From contig NIVC01002787.1 of NCBI GenBank assembly GCA_002269645.1, forward strand, positions 1 through 31,172: DNA of 31,172 bases, written 5' to 3'. How positions within the stretch are numbered: position 1 is the first letter of the stretch; each line of letters opens with the position of its first letter. The stretch is from Macrostomum lignano. Its lineage: Eukaryota. This document shows, one piece after another, positions 9,891 through 22,080 of this stretch. A model generated the notes under the pieces. That model was not told the DNA's origin and made no database searches. It was given only the letters and a program-made list of their open reading frames with translations. The position numbers and the translations under genes are program-made.

Positions 9891-11661
9891 TGACCCGCAG
9901 CCATGAGCTGGAATCGAGTCTTCTATAATAGGCTTTGGAAGGCCTCGATATAAAAAAATTTCTAATGACTCCAGAGCGTAGCAGGGTTATATTTTGCAAA
10001 GAAAGCTATAAATACAGTCATTCCAAAACACTGTACATAGCTACTTCATAAGGGACATAAGCCTTTTAGTCTGGGGAGGATTGTACACGTAGTGACTTGG
10101 AGCTTGCCCCGCCAAACTTTGTACTGGGCTTGCAATTCAAATGTGCAGTTAAAGAGCTAAATTTAATACGAAATTCTAATCACGTGCCACCCGTTTATCG
10201 ATCTAATTTTCCTTGGTCTGTGCGCGAGTCAAATGAAGCTCTATTACACGCCCTCCAAACCAAGCCGCCAAGCCCTCACGCCACAGCCCCCCACTTAGAA
10301 GGGACGGGAGTGTGTGTACATTCTACGATTTTTCCTTCCTTTCCTTTCCTTTCTAACCAGCTTAACTCAGCCCAACGCCAAAGACATGCAACGTGCAAGC
10401 AATCGAATGCAAATGCAAATTTTGCAAAGCGGTATGCAGCTTAATCGGATGAATTTTGGTGCAAAAAAGGCGTTTTTTACCTGAAGAAAACATCGAATGG
10501 TTATGAAACTGAATAAATTTGTTACATTAACTGTCTGGAACACTGTGCATTGGTTTCAGTGCAAAATTCCTACCATTTCCCGGTTATTTAGCCCCGGAAG
10601 GAACAAAAGTGTCACAAATCAAGTTTTCAGTTTTTTATCGATAATTTTTTACCTAATGAACCGAATCTCTAGAAATTGCACACAAATGTGCCTCATTATG
10701 TGGGAAATCAGATTTCAGAAAAATATTGTCGTCCTATTGCGTTATTTTGCCTGATTTCAAGCAAAATATTAAAAAATCACTACTCTGATCGATTTCCAAT
10801 CACTTTTGACACATGAGCACTTGTTGCAGACACTCAAAAACTTGGTAAATTTTAGCCAGACATTAGTACAACTCGTTGCAGTATCCGCATTTGATCTAGC
10901 ATTCTTTTAAAATTTTAATCACCCATTTTTCTGACACCCAATCAGCCAAAAATCACAAATTATCGATTTCTGATCGATTTTTCAATCCGAAAGCAGCGAA
11001 AGCAGACGGCAGCAATTTACACCAATATAGTACAGCAACTACGCTATAGAAATTCGATATTGGCTTATTCGCACCATGTTCTCAAAATTATAATGAGCAA
11101 TAATGCGAAAGTCATGTGATTTTTTGAAAAATCGATTTTTGTCAATTTTCTCAGCACTGCAGAAGCGTAGGAAAACAAAACTTTAGACACTTGTAGATAT
11201 TTGCATTGCGCATCCAAATGCACTGCTTTGAAGCCGAAACTCAAAAAGCTTCGTAGGAAAAAGTGGGGAAATAATAATATGAGGGTCATTTTTTACCCAA
11301 AAACCCACCAAAACTACATAAAGATACCAAAATAAATCAAAGCGCCATATACCATTTTGTAGGAAATTTAGTTTTACAACTTTGATCCTCAGATGTCGAA
11401 GCTGTATCTCGTAAGGTGTACCAGAATTTTGAGATCTCCTAGAAGCACTTTTGAAAAAATCGTCTTTCCAGTTATTTTACGGCTCATTTAAAAAATCTCT
11501 GCATTTAAAAGTACATTCATTCGATAGATCTAAAAGTTTTCTATCGATCGACACCTCACTCAACTCAATCGGTGCAGTGGTTGCAAAACAGGAGCATTTT
11601 TTGGCGGAAAAACGTGAAATTTCAAAATGCATTAGAGTCTAACTTATTTACTGGTAAATAC

Positions 11662-11780
11662 TTTCTAGCCCATGTCGGCCTTCGGCCGCCATGGGTAGAA
11701 ATTATTCACTCGCCCTCGGCCCCTGGCGGGGCCTCGGGTTCTCTCGCTCTCGCCCGACGCCGCCTTCGGCGGCGCCGGGC
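11662..11780. other. Cluster of three GC-rich hairpins
   Basis: 11662-11701 TTTCTA(G)CCCATG-T-CGGCC[TTC]GGCCG-C-CATGGGTAGAAA; 11713-11738 imperfect; 11752-11780 GCCCG-A-CGCCGCC[TTC]GGCGGCG-C-CGGGC. Confidence 0.8.
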
Positions 11781-14164
11781 TCGGCTCGTTCACTGGTGGA
11801 ACTAGAGGGAGATACGTGCTGTAAAGTTTTTATTATTGTATGACAATCGCCAAGAAGAAACCGAAAAATTGTGCAAAGTGAGGCTGTTAAGACAGACAAA
11901 CATACAACAAAATTAAATAGTTATACTGCTGTTTTTCTTGGAAGATTCGAACCGATTCTGATTCTGGAATCGGTGATATGAAAAGCCTCACTTATGACTC
12001 TCAGCGGGGGCCTTTCGTGCTATGGTGCAATCGATCCTCGCTATAAATGCGGCCCCTCTCATGGCTTGGCTCAGACAAGCGTTTCTGCCTTTCCTTAGCC
12101 CGTTTCCTCCGTTCCAGAGCTCCAAACCGGTTCTCCTCGTCTAGCGAACACTCTAAGTTTGTGTGCCAAGTTTGTGCTAAAGTTTAAACTCCAAGACTCC
12201 CGACTTTGCGCGTGCCTGCTTCCGTTGCTCCTGCTATCAATTAGCAGGCCAGCTCAGATGGCCCGACGCTAGCACTTTCGCTCTCACCCCGCACGAGCCG
12301 GCAGGGACTGCTGACGGTGCGCACCTCTGCGCGGGAACTGCTAAATCTGCACGAAGTGCGAGTCTCTTTCTCTCGTCTTAGTTATTTGCTTCTACGAGCT
12401 CAGCACCTCACCGAAGGCTGCGACTCTGTGAAGCTGGTGGCAGCACTACCGACGCTACGAGAACTACTTTCTAAGAAGCCGCCAACGGGAGGTCACCGAC
12501 CAGGAGCCAGAAGATCTGCTAGGACACCTCTAGACGCTATCGAGCAAAGTACAAGCAACCACTTCATTGGTGGCAGCGGTGGGATTCCAAGACCTACGGC
12601 TAGGCCACCTGAGACAAATAAGAAACCACCAACAACAACAACTATACTTCACTAGTTTGTTTGTCATTGTGCAGGCAATATGTACGAGTATCCAGCATGC
12701 AGTAAAAGCAACCAGCATGCAGGATATGCATGTTGTGATCGTACCTAAAATTGTGCTGAATTCGCGTATAAACTGCTGACACGGGTGATAAATTTATATT
12801 AATCTGCGCCCTATAGCTAAAAGTGATGCAGTTAAGCAACACCATTTTATACAATAATGCTCATTTTGGCATTTCACTTAAGGAAGCATACGAGATAAGC
12901 ATATAATTCACAAGGCCATGTGCTACAGTGGAGCTTACTAAGCTAATGCTGGAGGAAAATTATATGCTTCATTTAGACTTTTAAAACGACGCCACGTAAA
13001 CAATCCCAACTAGATACATTGAGGCTCTTCATATTGGTAATTGGTAATGTGAAGAGGCTTATTGTTGCAGCATTTTGGCTAAGAATATCATGATGTAAGA
13101 TCACCGTATCATGATATCTGAGCCTTTTTGCTGCACTTATTTGTGATATATTCCAGCAAAACTGTATACACGGGTGCATTTTGGCAGGATTTTTTAAATT
13201 AATTTTAATGATAAATAAATAGATACATATAGATAGATAGATAAAAATTATATCGAGTATTAGATCCGCAAAACACGAGTTCTTAACTGCATCATAAACA
13301 GTGAAAAGGGTATCAAAGGTTGGAGCATCTGTTGAAAATATAATTAGCTTTAGTTAAACAAAACGAGCCACAATTTACTGGCCGTGAAACAAACCGCTGT
13401 TGCTCAGGGTTGGAAAGCCAACAGAAAATTTATTTGGCTGCAACAAAAAACAAAAAAATAACAAAATCCGTGCAGGATTGGTGCAGGATAGGATGTCTTA
13501 CGGGGATTAAGGTTAACTAATAACTCATTTTGGAGGGCGATTATGTTATGCACAGCATAGAAAAAGTAGTATAATTTTTTATTACACGGCCGTTAAAAAT
13601 TATTCAGCTTATCAGCTTTAATTGAGTAAAAAATTCACACAACTTAGACAAACTTAATTTCAACTGCATTGAGCTGAGCTATCAAAACACTGGGATTGAG
13701 TTACATCGCTTGGCATGATGGATTTGTACTCAGCTTGTACTTCATTTGCTTTTTAAACACATGGCAAGACAAAAAATTAAAGGAAGAAAGTACTCACTAT
13801 GTTCGAGAGGTGCATCGACCTCACTGAATGGTGGTGGAAAGTTTTTTCTCCAAATCTCTTGGCAGCGGGTGCAGGCAGTAAAATATCCAGGAACTTTAAA
13901 TGGGGTGGAGGATTGGTGTCCGGGTCCGGAAATATGGAAGTTGACATCCCACGATGGGCGAAAGCTGATGCAGAAACTTTCCAAAAAGGGATGCAGGCAG
14001 CACAAATATGAAGCTGGCTCGTACATATACGACACGTGTTACGTTATTAACCCACACGAATTTACTAAAAAAGTAGCAATAAAAAGGGACTCACAAGAGT
14101 CTTTCAAGATATCAATGCAAAACCCAGTGAAAACTTTTCTGTAAAAGTGGCCCATTGAGCATCC

Positions 14165-14280
14165 TTATCTAAATCATCTAAATCTCTAAATCCTCTAATC
14201 TTCTAATCTTCTTTCTTCTATCTTCTAATCTTCTAATCTCTAAATCTCTAAATCTCTAAATCTCTAAATCTCTAAATCAT
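14165..14280. repeat. (AATCTCTA)n / (AATCTTCT)n microsatellite
   Basis: Direct reading. It overlaps the stop codon of the FkbM gene. Confidence 0.85.
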
Positions 14281-15393
14281 CTGAATCTCTTTCTTAACTC
14301 GTGGCAAAAAGTCGTTTCTAATCCATATTCCGTCCCATTCACCAAATGTGGTGATTTTCTGCACTTGGAAGGTCCTCATGGACAGCAGAGAGAAGTTCCT
14401 GGAAGTCATGAAGTGAGTCACAAAGTTGTAATATTTCGACGCTTGCGGCGGCTCCGTGAGCTTCCGCCAGAACTCCATCTGCAGCGCCATGATGTTGAGC
14501 TCTCTAAACAGCTTTTCGCCAGTCTTCATGAACAGGTGCTCACCGGACTCGATATCCATCTTGATGATCACATTCTTGGTGCTGATGTGTTCTCGAAGCT
14601 CGTCCGCCCTGACCGTCATCACGGGAATAGTGTCCTCAATTGCTGTCGTAACCTTCTGTCTCCAGCCAGCCGCTGCACCCGAGCCGCTTCCGGCGTGGCA
14701 ACCAAAATCGTCAGCGTTCCAAGTGATTCGCTTGACCGCCACGTCGTCGCTGATGAAGCCCCAGAAGAGCTTCAGTTTGTCATCAAGCAAATCCAGCCTC
14801 TTCGCTGACATTTGCAACCTGGCCAATGCACGAATGTTTGCATCGATGGCCACTACGGGATACCCGAGCTCTCTGGCCTGCAGGCTGTAGATGCCGACGT
14901 TGCTGCCGACGTCAAGGAACGTTACCGAGTCTGTCGGAAACTGCTTTAACAGGTTGAGCATCGTCCGAATTTCGCCAGTTTCCCAGGCGTTCTTTTTTAG
15001 CATCTCCCCAGAAATGAAGTCCTCCGCGCCGAAGGTAAATATCGGCATTCGGCCGCCGCCCATCGCTCGGGTCACATTGGCCACAGGAGACCCTTGTCTG
15101 ACAATGGTGTACATCTGCTGCGGTAAGTTCCTGTTCAGCTCGCACAGGAGAAACTTGCCCCTGACTAAATGATAGGCCGGCGTCTCCTGACACAGCCGGT
15201 GCCGCAGGCTGGGGTTCGTGAAGTCGACGCTGCGGAGCTCGTTGTAGGCGGGACAGTTTTTGATCAACTGCACATCGCTCAGAACTGGCAGTGTGTCAGA
15301 ATCAGCGAAATTTCTGCGCCGAACGAGGTATGCTACAGTCAGTAAGACAGCTGCTGCGCCAGCTAGCGATATTAAGTTATTCTTTGTTCTCAT
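14272..15393 (-). CDS. FkbM-family (Methyltransf_21) SAM-dependent methyltransferase with N-terminal signal anchor, about 373 aa
   Basis: SAM-binding motif TFLDVGSNVGIYSL, V.AIDAN, IIKMDIESGE; hydrophobic LISLAGAAAVLLTVAYLV. Uninterrupted ORF. The likely start is MRTKNN at 15393; the ORF track extends to 15510. Confidence 0.85.
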   Translation of the reverse strand: MRTKNNLISLAGAAAVLLTVAYLVRRRNFADSDTLPVLSDVQLIKNCPAYNELRSVDFTNPSLRHRLCQETPAYHLVRGKFLLCELNRNLPQQMYTIVRQGSPVANVTRAMGGGRMPIFTFGAEDFISGEMLKKNAWETGEIRTMLNLLKQFPTDSVTFLDVGSNVGIYSLQARELGYPVVAIDANIRALARLQMSAKRLDLLDDKLKLFWGFISDDVAVKRITWNADDFGCHAGSGSGAAAGWRQKVTTAIEDTIPVMTVRADELREHISTKNVIIKMDIESGEHLFMKTGEKLFRELNIMALQMEFWRKLTEPPQASKYYNFVTHFMTSRNFSLLSMRTFQVQKITTFGEWDGIWIRNDFLPRVKKEIQMI

Positions 15394-16199
15394 CGTTTTT
15401 GCGCGAGCAGAAAGTTTTGAGATTGCAAAAAGCTCACAAGGATTTCTCGGAATGCATAGGAGGCCGTCTGTATCACGAGTTTTTATGCGTGAAAGGCAGA
15501 GTGTAAGCACTGGAATTGTGCTTACATCGAAGCAAACAACGGCCTCCTCTCATCTCGACCGGGGCTATCCAGCCAGACCAGCTCTAAACTAAAAGACAAA
15601 TAACAAAAGCCGAGGTTTGAGGGCCAAGCCAGCAGCCTGCGAACGCGTGACACAGTAGACTCGCAGCAATGCTTTGGGGGTGATATGGTTGCCTAACAAC
15701 AGCACACAGAAAAACTGCTCGAGCGATAACCCTGCCCCGCTCAAACTATGCATTGCTCTGCATTTTGTCAACTAAACCAGTTTGCTTGCTTGACTATAAA
15801 ATACACTGTCTTGAATAATTTGCGGTACAGAGAGGAGTTGGAGATGTGAGCCTCACACTCATAATAGGGCCCTTTGATGCCAGTGAGTTAGAAAGTCTTT
15901 CTGGCTTGTGAGCAGAAGATAGCAGGAAAATAAAACCTGTTAGACACAGAAATTCTTTGAGCACCTCTGCTACGCAGTCCCTCTCATACTGCCTGACTGT
16001 TTGGCTAATAACAAACCAAACTTCTTCAGCCTTCGGAATTGCGCACTGCGCAAAAGCAACGCAAGCTCAGTGATACAATCGTTTCTTAAGGAGAAAAGAG
16101 AGAGACGATAGAGAAAAGAAGACGCCTGGGTTTCTTTAGACGTGGGAATATGAATTTAAAGAGTGAAAAAATGGCTAAATATGAAGAGGGGGGATGGAG

Positions 16200-17730
16200 T
16201 GGCTAAATATGAAGACTGGAAATAGAGTGGCTAAATATGAAGAGTGGGAATAAAGAGGCTAAATATGAAGAGTGGGAATAGAGAGGCTAATTGAAAGAGT
16301 GGGAATGGAGAGGCTAATAGAAAGAGTGGGAATAAAGAGACTATAGAAAAAGTGGGAATGGAGAGGCTAATAGAAAGAGTGAGAATAAAGAGGCTAATGG
16401 GAAAAGTGGGAATGAAGTGGCTAATTGAAAGAGTGGGAATAGAGAGGCTAATTGAAAGAGTGGGAGTAAAGAGGCTAATGGGAGGAGTGAGAATAGAGAG
16501 GCTAATAGAAAGATTGGGAATAGAGTGGCTAATTGAAAGAGTGGGAATAGAGAGGCTAATGGGAAGAGTGGGAATAGAGAGGCTAATAGAAAGAGTGGGA
16601 ATAGAGAGGCTAATTGAAAGAGTGGGAATAGAGAGGCTAATGGGAAGAGTGGGAATAGAGAGGCTAATTGAAAGAGTGGGAATAGAGAGGCTAATGGGAA
16701 GAGTGAGAATAGAGAGGCTAACTAAAATAGTAGGAAAAGAGACTAATAGAAAGAGTGTGAATAGAAAGGCTAATAGAAAGTATGGGAGTACAGAGCTAAT
16801 TGAAAAAGTGGGAATAGAGAGGCTAATTGAAAGAGTGGGAATAGAGAGGCTAATAGAAAGAGTGGGAATAGAGAAGCTAATGGGAAGAGTGGGAATAGAG
16901 AGGCTAATAGAAAGAGTGGGAATAGAGAGGCTAATTGAAAGAGTGGGAATAGAGAGGCTAATGGGAAGAGTGAGAATAGAGAGGCTAACTAAAAGAGTAG
17001 GAATAGAGAGGCGAATTGAAAGAGTGGGAATAAAGAGGCTAATAGAAAGAGTGGGAATAGAGAGGCTAATAGAAAGAGTGGGAATAGAGAGGCTAATAGA
17101 AAGAGTGGGAATAGAGAGGCTAATGGGAAGAGTGGGAATAGAGAGGCTAATAGAAAGAGTGGGAATAGAGAGGCTAATAGAAAGGGTGGGAATAGAGAGG
17201 CTAATTGAAAGAGTGTGAATAGAGAGGCTAATAGAAAGAGTGGGAATAGAGAGGCTAATAGAAAGAGTGGGAATAGAGAGGCTAATGGGAAGAGTGGGAA
17301 TAGAGAGGCTAATAGAAAGAGTGGGAATAGAGAGGCTAATAGAAAGGGTGGGAATAGAGAGGCTAATTGAAAGAGTGTGAATAGAGAGGCTAATAGAAAG
17401 AGTGGGAATAGAGAGGCTAATTGAAATAGTGTGAATAGAGAGGCTCATTGAAATAGTGGGAATAGAGAAGCTAATGGGAAGAGTGGGAATAGAGTGGCTA
17501 ATATAAAGAGTGGGAATAGAGAGGCTAATTGAAAGAGTGGGAATAGAGAGGCTAATTGAAAAAGTGGGAATAAAGAGGCTAATTGAAAGAGTGGGAATAG
17601 AGAGGCTAATAGAAAGAGTGTGAATAGAGAGGCTCATTGAAATAGTGGGAATGGAGTGGCTAATTGAAAGATTGGGAAAAGAGAGGCTAACTGAAAGAGT
17701 AGGAATAGAGATGCTAATGGAAAGAGTGGG
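16200..17730. repeat. 27-bp minisatellite, about 55 copies
   Basis: Consensus GAAAGAGTGGGAATAGAGAGGCTAAT(A/T), degenerate at the left edge. It explains the IERVGIERL and SIPTLSISL pseudo-ORFs. Confidence 0.95.
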
Positions 17731-18705
17731 AATCATCATCTAAATATACTAAATCTCTTCTTCTATCTAAATATACTAAATCTCTAAGCTTTGTATGTTT
17801 GAATGCTTGCTTGTCCATAACGCTCTACAGATTGCAATTCTTGACCAATTTTGATCGCGTTTTCGCCAAAAGATTTCTAATCAGCCTGGGATTGTATGGT
17901 TAAAATTTCTTGTATCTGCTTCAATGCTAAAGGGATTAAATATTCGAAAAACATGTTTTCTGCAAAGGTCAAGCAGCTCTTTCTACTTGAAATGCGCTGT
18001 AAAAATGCTAGAGAAAAAACTGACTGGCTGAATTCTTATTCTGATAAAGATTACATCACAACAAGTTGAAAACACTGTGCCAAGTTGAAAGACAGCAATT
18101 GCGTAACCATATAGCAAACTTTAATTTAGACTGATACTGACTGCCTGCGTATTTAATTATGTCATAGCTGCTTCGTGTGACTTTCACTCGAACAGACTTT
18201 GTGTTAGTATTCGTGTATTCGTGTAGCACTCTAGAGATCTCTCTATAAAAAGATTTGTAATTATCTGGAAAGAAGGCAGCTAAAATTTCTTGTAGCTGCT
18301 TCAATGTTAAAGGTATTAAATATTCGAAAAACGAGTTTTTCTAATGCTTTTATTAGAAGGCCAAGCAAGGTTGAATTCTTGACTGGCTGAATTCCAATTC
18401 TAATTATAATTGCGCCACAACTGCGTACTGCATATTCTCGCTATAAACTGACTCTGAGCTTTTTAGGTGGAGGCAGTGTGCCAAGCATTGCGCAGGCACT
18501 CTGGAGGGAGAGCGAAATCAGCCAGTGCATTTTAAAAGTATTGAAATAAAATAATGCTCAGTGGCTGCGTGTGTACATTCTTCTGACCTTGGCTGAATGG
18601 CTCTGCCGGCACCAAACCTGTGCACACTGAGCAGCCTATCACTGCTATGTATTTGACCGCAATGTCAAAGCATATATGGCTGATTTTTGTGCCCTCCCAT
18701 CAGTA

Positions 18706-18776
18706 GGCGGAATAGCCGCAGTGTAGGCACTAGGATAGGTTTAGGCTAGGCGTAAGGTCCAAGGTTCGAGTCCGCC
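18706..18776 (+). other. tRNA-like Pol III A/B-box cassette in H1 (copy at 23127-23198 in H2; 5'-half copy at 25446-25483 in H3)
   Basis: A-box-like TAGCCGCAGTG and perfect B box GGTTCGAGTCC (18763-18773; 23185-23195). The ends GGCGGA and TCCGCC are complementary. It does not fold as a canonical tRNA by eye. Confidence 0.5.
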
Positions 18777-19904
18777 TCGCCGGCCGATAATTAAAATTAA
18801 ATAAATTAGTTCATTTATACCTAGCGCCTCAATTAATTGAATCATTTTTTATTAATTAGTAAGCCACACTCAATGAATTATATTTGCTATTCAGCACAAT
18901 ATTTTGCTATTCAGCACAAGTTGCTAAACAAATTTGATTTTGTCAATTTGAATTTGATTTGATTTCAGCCAGTGCATTTAAAAATTTGATTTGTAAAAAA
19001 CTGATTCGTGTATTACTGCTTCCGAATTGCAGACGATGCTGCTAAATAGCTAAATAGCTGAAGGTACTGCTAAATGCTGAGCTGCGCAAAAGACTGCCGA
19101 TATGTATCGAAAATTGATTAGTGAGCCCTACTAAATGCTGAGCAAATTTTCAGAATACTGAAAGAATAATTGCTGAGAAGACTCATTCATGCAGACTGCA
19201 AAGGGAAAAATTGAAAAAAACTGCTGAGGTATTCCTCCAGACTTATGAGTGTATAGCAGAGCAAGTTGTTGAGGGGATACGAGTAACTGCGGACTGCTGA
19301 GTGAATTATTGTAGCTTGCCGGTGCTAATGAAAGTTGTAGAGAGTAGTACCTGCAGGCTGCTAAGAGTATGACTGCAGTCTGTTTGCGGGATTAGAAGGG
19401 ATAGCTAATTTCAGGTTGTTGTGGGGATAACTGCCGATTTCTGGGGGGGGGGTTAACTTCAAAGTGCGAAGTTACTAAACTTCTAGAATAGTATAAGGCT
19501 TTTAGTAGAAGGTCGGCAGTTCGAGTCTACATTGAAGCAGCGAATTTATCGTTGTGACAATAATCATTGTTTCCTATGGGAATTCATGCAAATTTTTAAC
19601 ATTTTATTTTATATATACTTTCGCTGGGGCTACGCTAAGCTTCAAGAGCAGTGCTTATCTGCTGTAAGTGCTAATTTGCAAAGGGTATTTCTAATCTGGG
19701 TGAGCAGCGCTAATCGGGGAGAGCAGTGCTAATCTGTCGACGCATATAATAAAATAATAAATATGTAAGGAGATTAAATTTACCCTGCAAGTTGCAAAAA
19801 CATTTTAAATGGTTTCGATTATGCAGAACCAATATGGCCATATGCAAAGATTAGTGGCCATCTGCTCACTGATTGTGCAAAACAGTGCTGGTGAACCACT
19901 GCTA

Positions 19905-20025
19905 AACTGCTGGCGAAGCATTGCTAAACTGCATTGCTAAACTGCTGGTGAAGCATTGCTAAACTGCTGGTGAAGCATTGCTAAACTGCATTGCTAAACT
20001 GCTGGTGAACCATTGCTAAACTGCA
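19905..20025. repeat. Short tandem repeat of about 22 bp (CTGCTGGTGAAGCATTGCTAAA) with shorter variants
   Basis: Direct reading. Confidence 0.8.
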
Positions 20026-20929
20026 GAAAGCTATAGTGAAATATTGTATTTTTTAATATTAACTTCTGTTAAAGAGAAGAAAACGCAAAGGCAAGAAAAA
20101 ACGAACAAGAATCATCTTGTCAATCATAAAAAAGCACCCTGTCGAAAGTAAAAGTCTCATTGGGAATTGCTAAGACTGTTAAGACTGCTAAGACTATTGC
20201 TATGAGCATAATGCTGGTATGGCAAATTGCTGTGATATATCAATACTCATGGAAGGATTTATAAGATATCAAGACAAAGGGGAATTGCTATAATTATGTC
20301 ATTCTTGGGAGAATTGCTCTGAATTCAAGGTTCATTTGTGAAATTGCTGAAATTAATTGTTGAAATGCAAGTGCCAAGATATCAAATGGTTAGTCACTCA
20401 ATTTTCAGGCTCATGGGGAAATTGCTAACATTTCCAAAGCTCATTGGGGAATTGCTGAAATTCGACTACAGGTTAAGGGTTATGGTTTTGGTTAAATTAT
20501 AGAGCGATCGTCGTGACAACCATCAATGATCCATCGAGGAATTGCTAAGATTAAAGGCTCTTGGGGCGAATTACTTAAATGCTTTGGCTCTACGGGGAAT
20601 TGCTGATAGGTCAAGGCTTTCGGTGAAATTCAGATTACAAACCTTATGAGGAAGTTACTTTAATGCTGAGGCTCAAGGCTCATAGTGGAAATTGCTAACA
20701 TGCCAAGACTCACTTATGAGTAGGTTTGGGGGCTTAGGGTCAGTTTTGGTTCAATCATAGATTAACCGCTGTCAACAATCAATTAAAGACTTGCTAAGAT
20801 ATCAAAGCTCATGGGGGAATAGCTGAGTTATCAAGGCTTATAAGGGGATTGCTGAATTCTTGGGAGAGGGGAGTTGGGTTGTTGGGATGTCAAGGCTAAT
20901 TACTGCGCTGGGAGAATTGCTGCAATGTC

Positions 20930-22080
20930 GAGGCTTAATGGGGGAATTGCTGAGATGTCAAGTCCTACTAGGAATTGCTGAGATGTCAAGGCTTTCTGGG
21001 AATTGCTAAAATGTCAAGTCCTACTGGGAATTGCTAAGATTTCTATGCTTACTGAGATGTCAAGGCTTACTGGGGGAATTGCTGAGATGTCAAGGCTTAC
21101 TGGGGGAATTGCTGAGATCTCAGAGCTTACTGGGGGAATTGCTGAGATGTCAAGGCTTACTGAGGGAATTGCTGAGATGTCAAGGCTTACTGGGGGAATT
21201 GCTGAGATGTCAAGGCTTACTGGGGGAATTGCTGAGATCTCAAAACTTACTGGGATAATTTCTGAGATTTCAATGCTTACTGGGAAATGCTGAGATTTCA
21301 AGGCTTACTGGGGGAATTGCTGAGATGTCAAGGCTTACTGGGGGAATTGCTGAGATGTCAAGGCTCATGGACGATGGCTGAATTTTTTGGGGGGTGTTAG
21401 GTTGTTGGGCGATTGTCAGATAGTCAGGTAGTACGGCTCAAGTAGCTCATGTAATTCAGATAATGTAATTCAGATAAATTTTAACCATCAACCAAGGACT
21501 TGCCATCAACTAAAGACTAGCTAAGATGGGAGTTGCTAAGATATCAAAGCTCATGGATGGAATCGCTGAGTTGACAAGGCTCATGAAGAAATTGCTGAGA
21601 TATCAAGGCTCATAAGGGGATTGCTGAATTCTTGGGGGAGGGGAGTTGGGTTGTTGGGATGTCAAGGCTTACTCGGCTGAGAGAACTGCGTAGATGTCAA
21701 GGCTCGAGTTTAATTTCTGCGATGTCGATGCTTAATGGGGGAACTGCTGAGATGTCAAGGCTTTCTGGGGGAATTGATGAATTGTCAAGTCTTACTGGGA
21801 ATTGCTAAGATGTGAAGGCTTTCTGGGGGAATGCTGAGATTTCAAGGCTTACTGGGGGAATGCTGAGATATCAATGCTTACTGGGGGAATTGCTGAGATC
21901 TCAAGGCTTCTCAGCAATTCTTGCACGTATTAGCAATTGTTAGCCAAGTATTCTTAGCAATTCTTAGCAATTCTTGTCAAGGCTTACTGGTGGAATTGCT
22001 GAGATGTAAAGGCTTACTGGGAGAATTGCTGATATGTCAAGGCTTACTGGGGGGGAGGGGAATTGCTAAGATGCCAAGGC
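20930..22080. repeat. 30-bp minisatellite (GGGGGAATTGCTGAGATGTCAAGGCTTACT) in two blocks, about 20930-21360 and 21740-22080
   Basis: Direct reading. It explains the EMSRLTGGIA pseudo-ORFs. The blocks lie within a duplication of about 700 bp. Confidence 0.9.

Noticed and set aside
13742-14144. Overlapping ORFs possibly from a Tc1-like transposase fragment
   Set aside because: Only a vague WGG..SG resemblance; no DDE motif or TIRs could be supported.
16231-17739. 502-aa (-) and 288-aa (+) repetitive ORFs
   Set aside because: Artefacts of a 27-bp (3n) minisatellite that lacks stops in these frames; no unique coding flanks.
18706-18776. Functional tRNA gene
   Set aside because: The T-stem and anticodon arm do not pair properly; kept only as a tRNA-like Pol III cassette.
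21003-21301. EMSRLTGGIA-type ORFs on both strands
   Set aside because: Translation of the 30-bp satellite.
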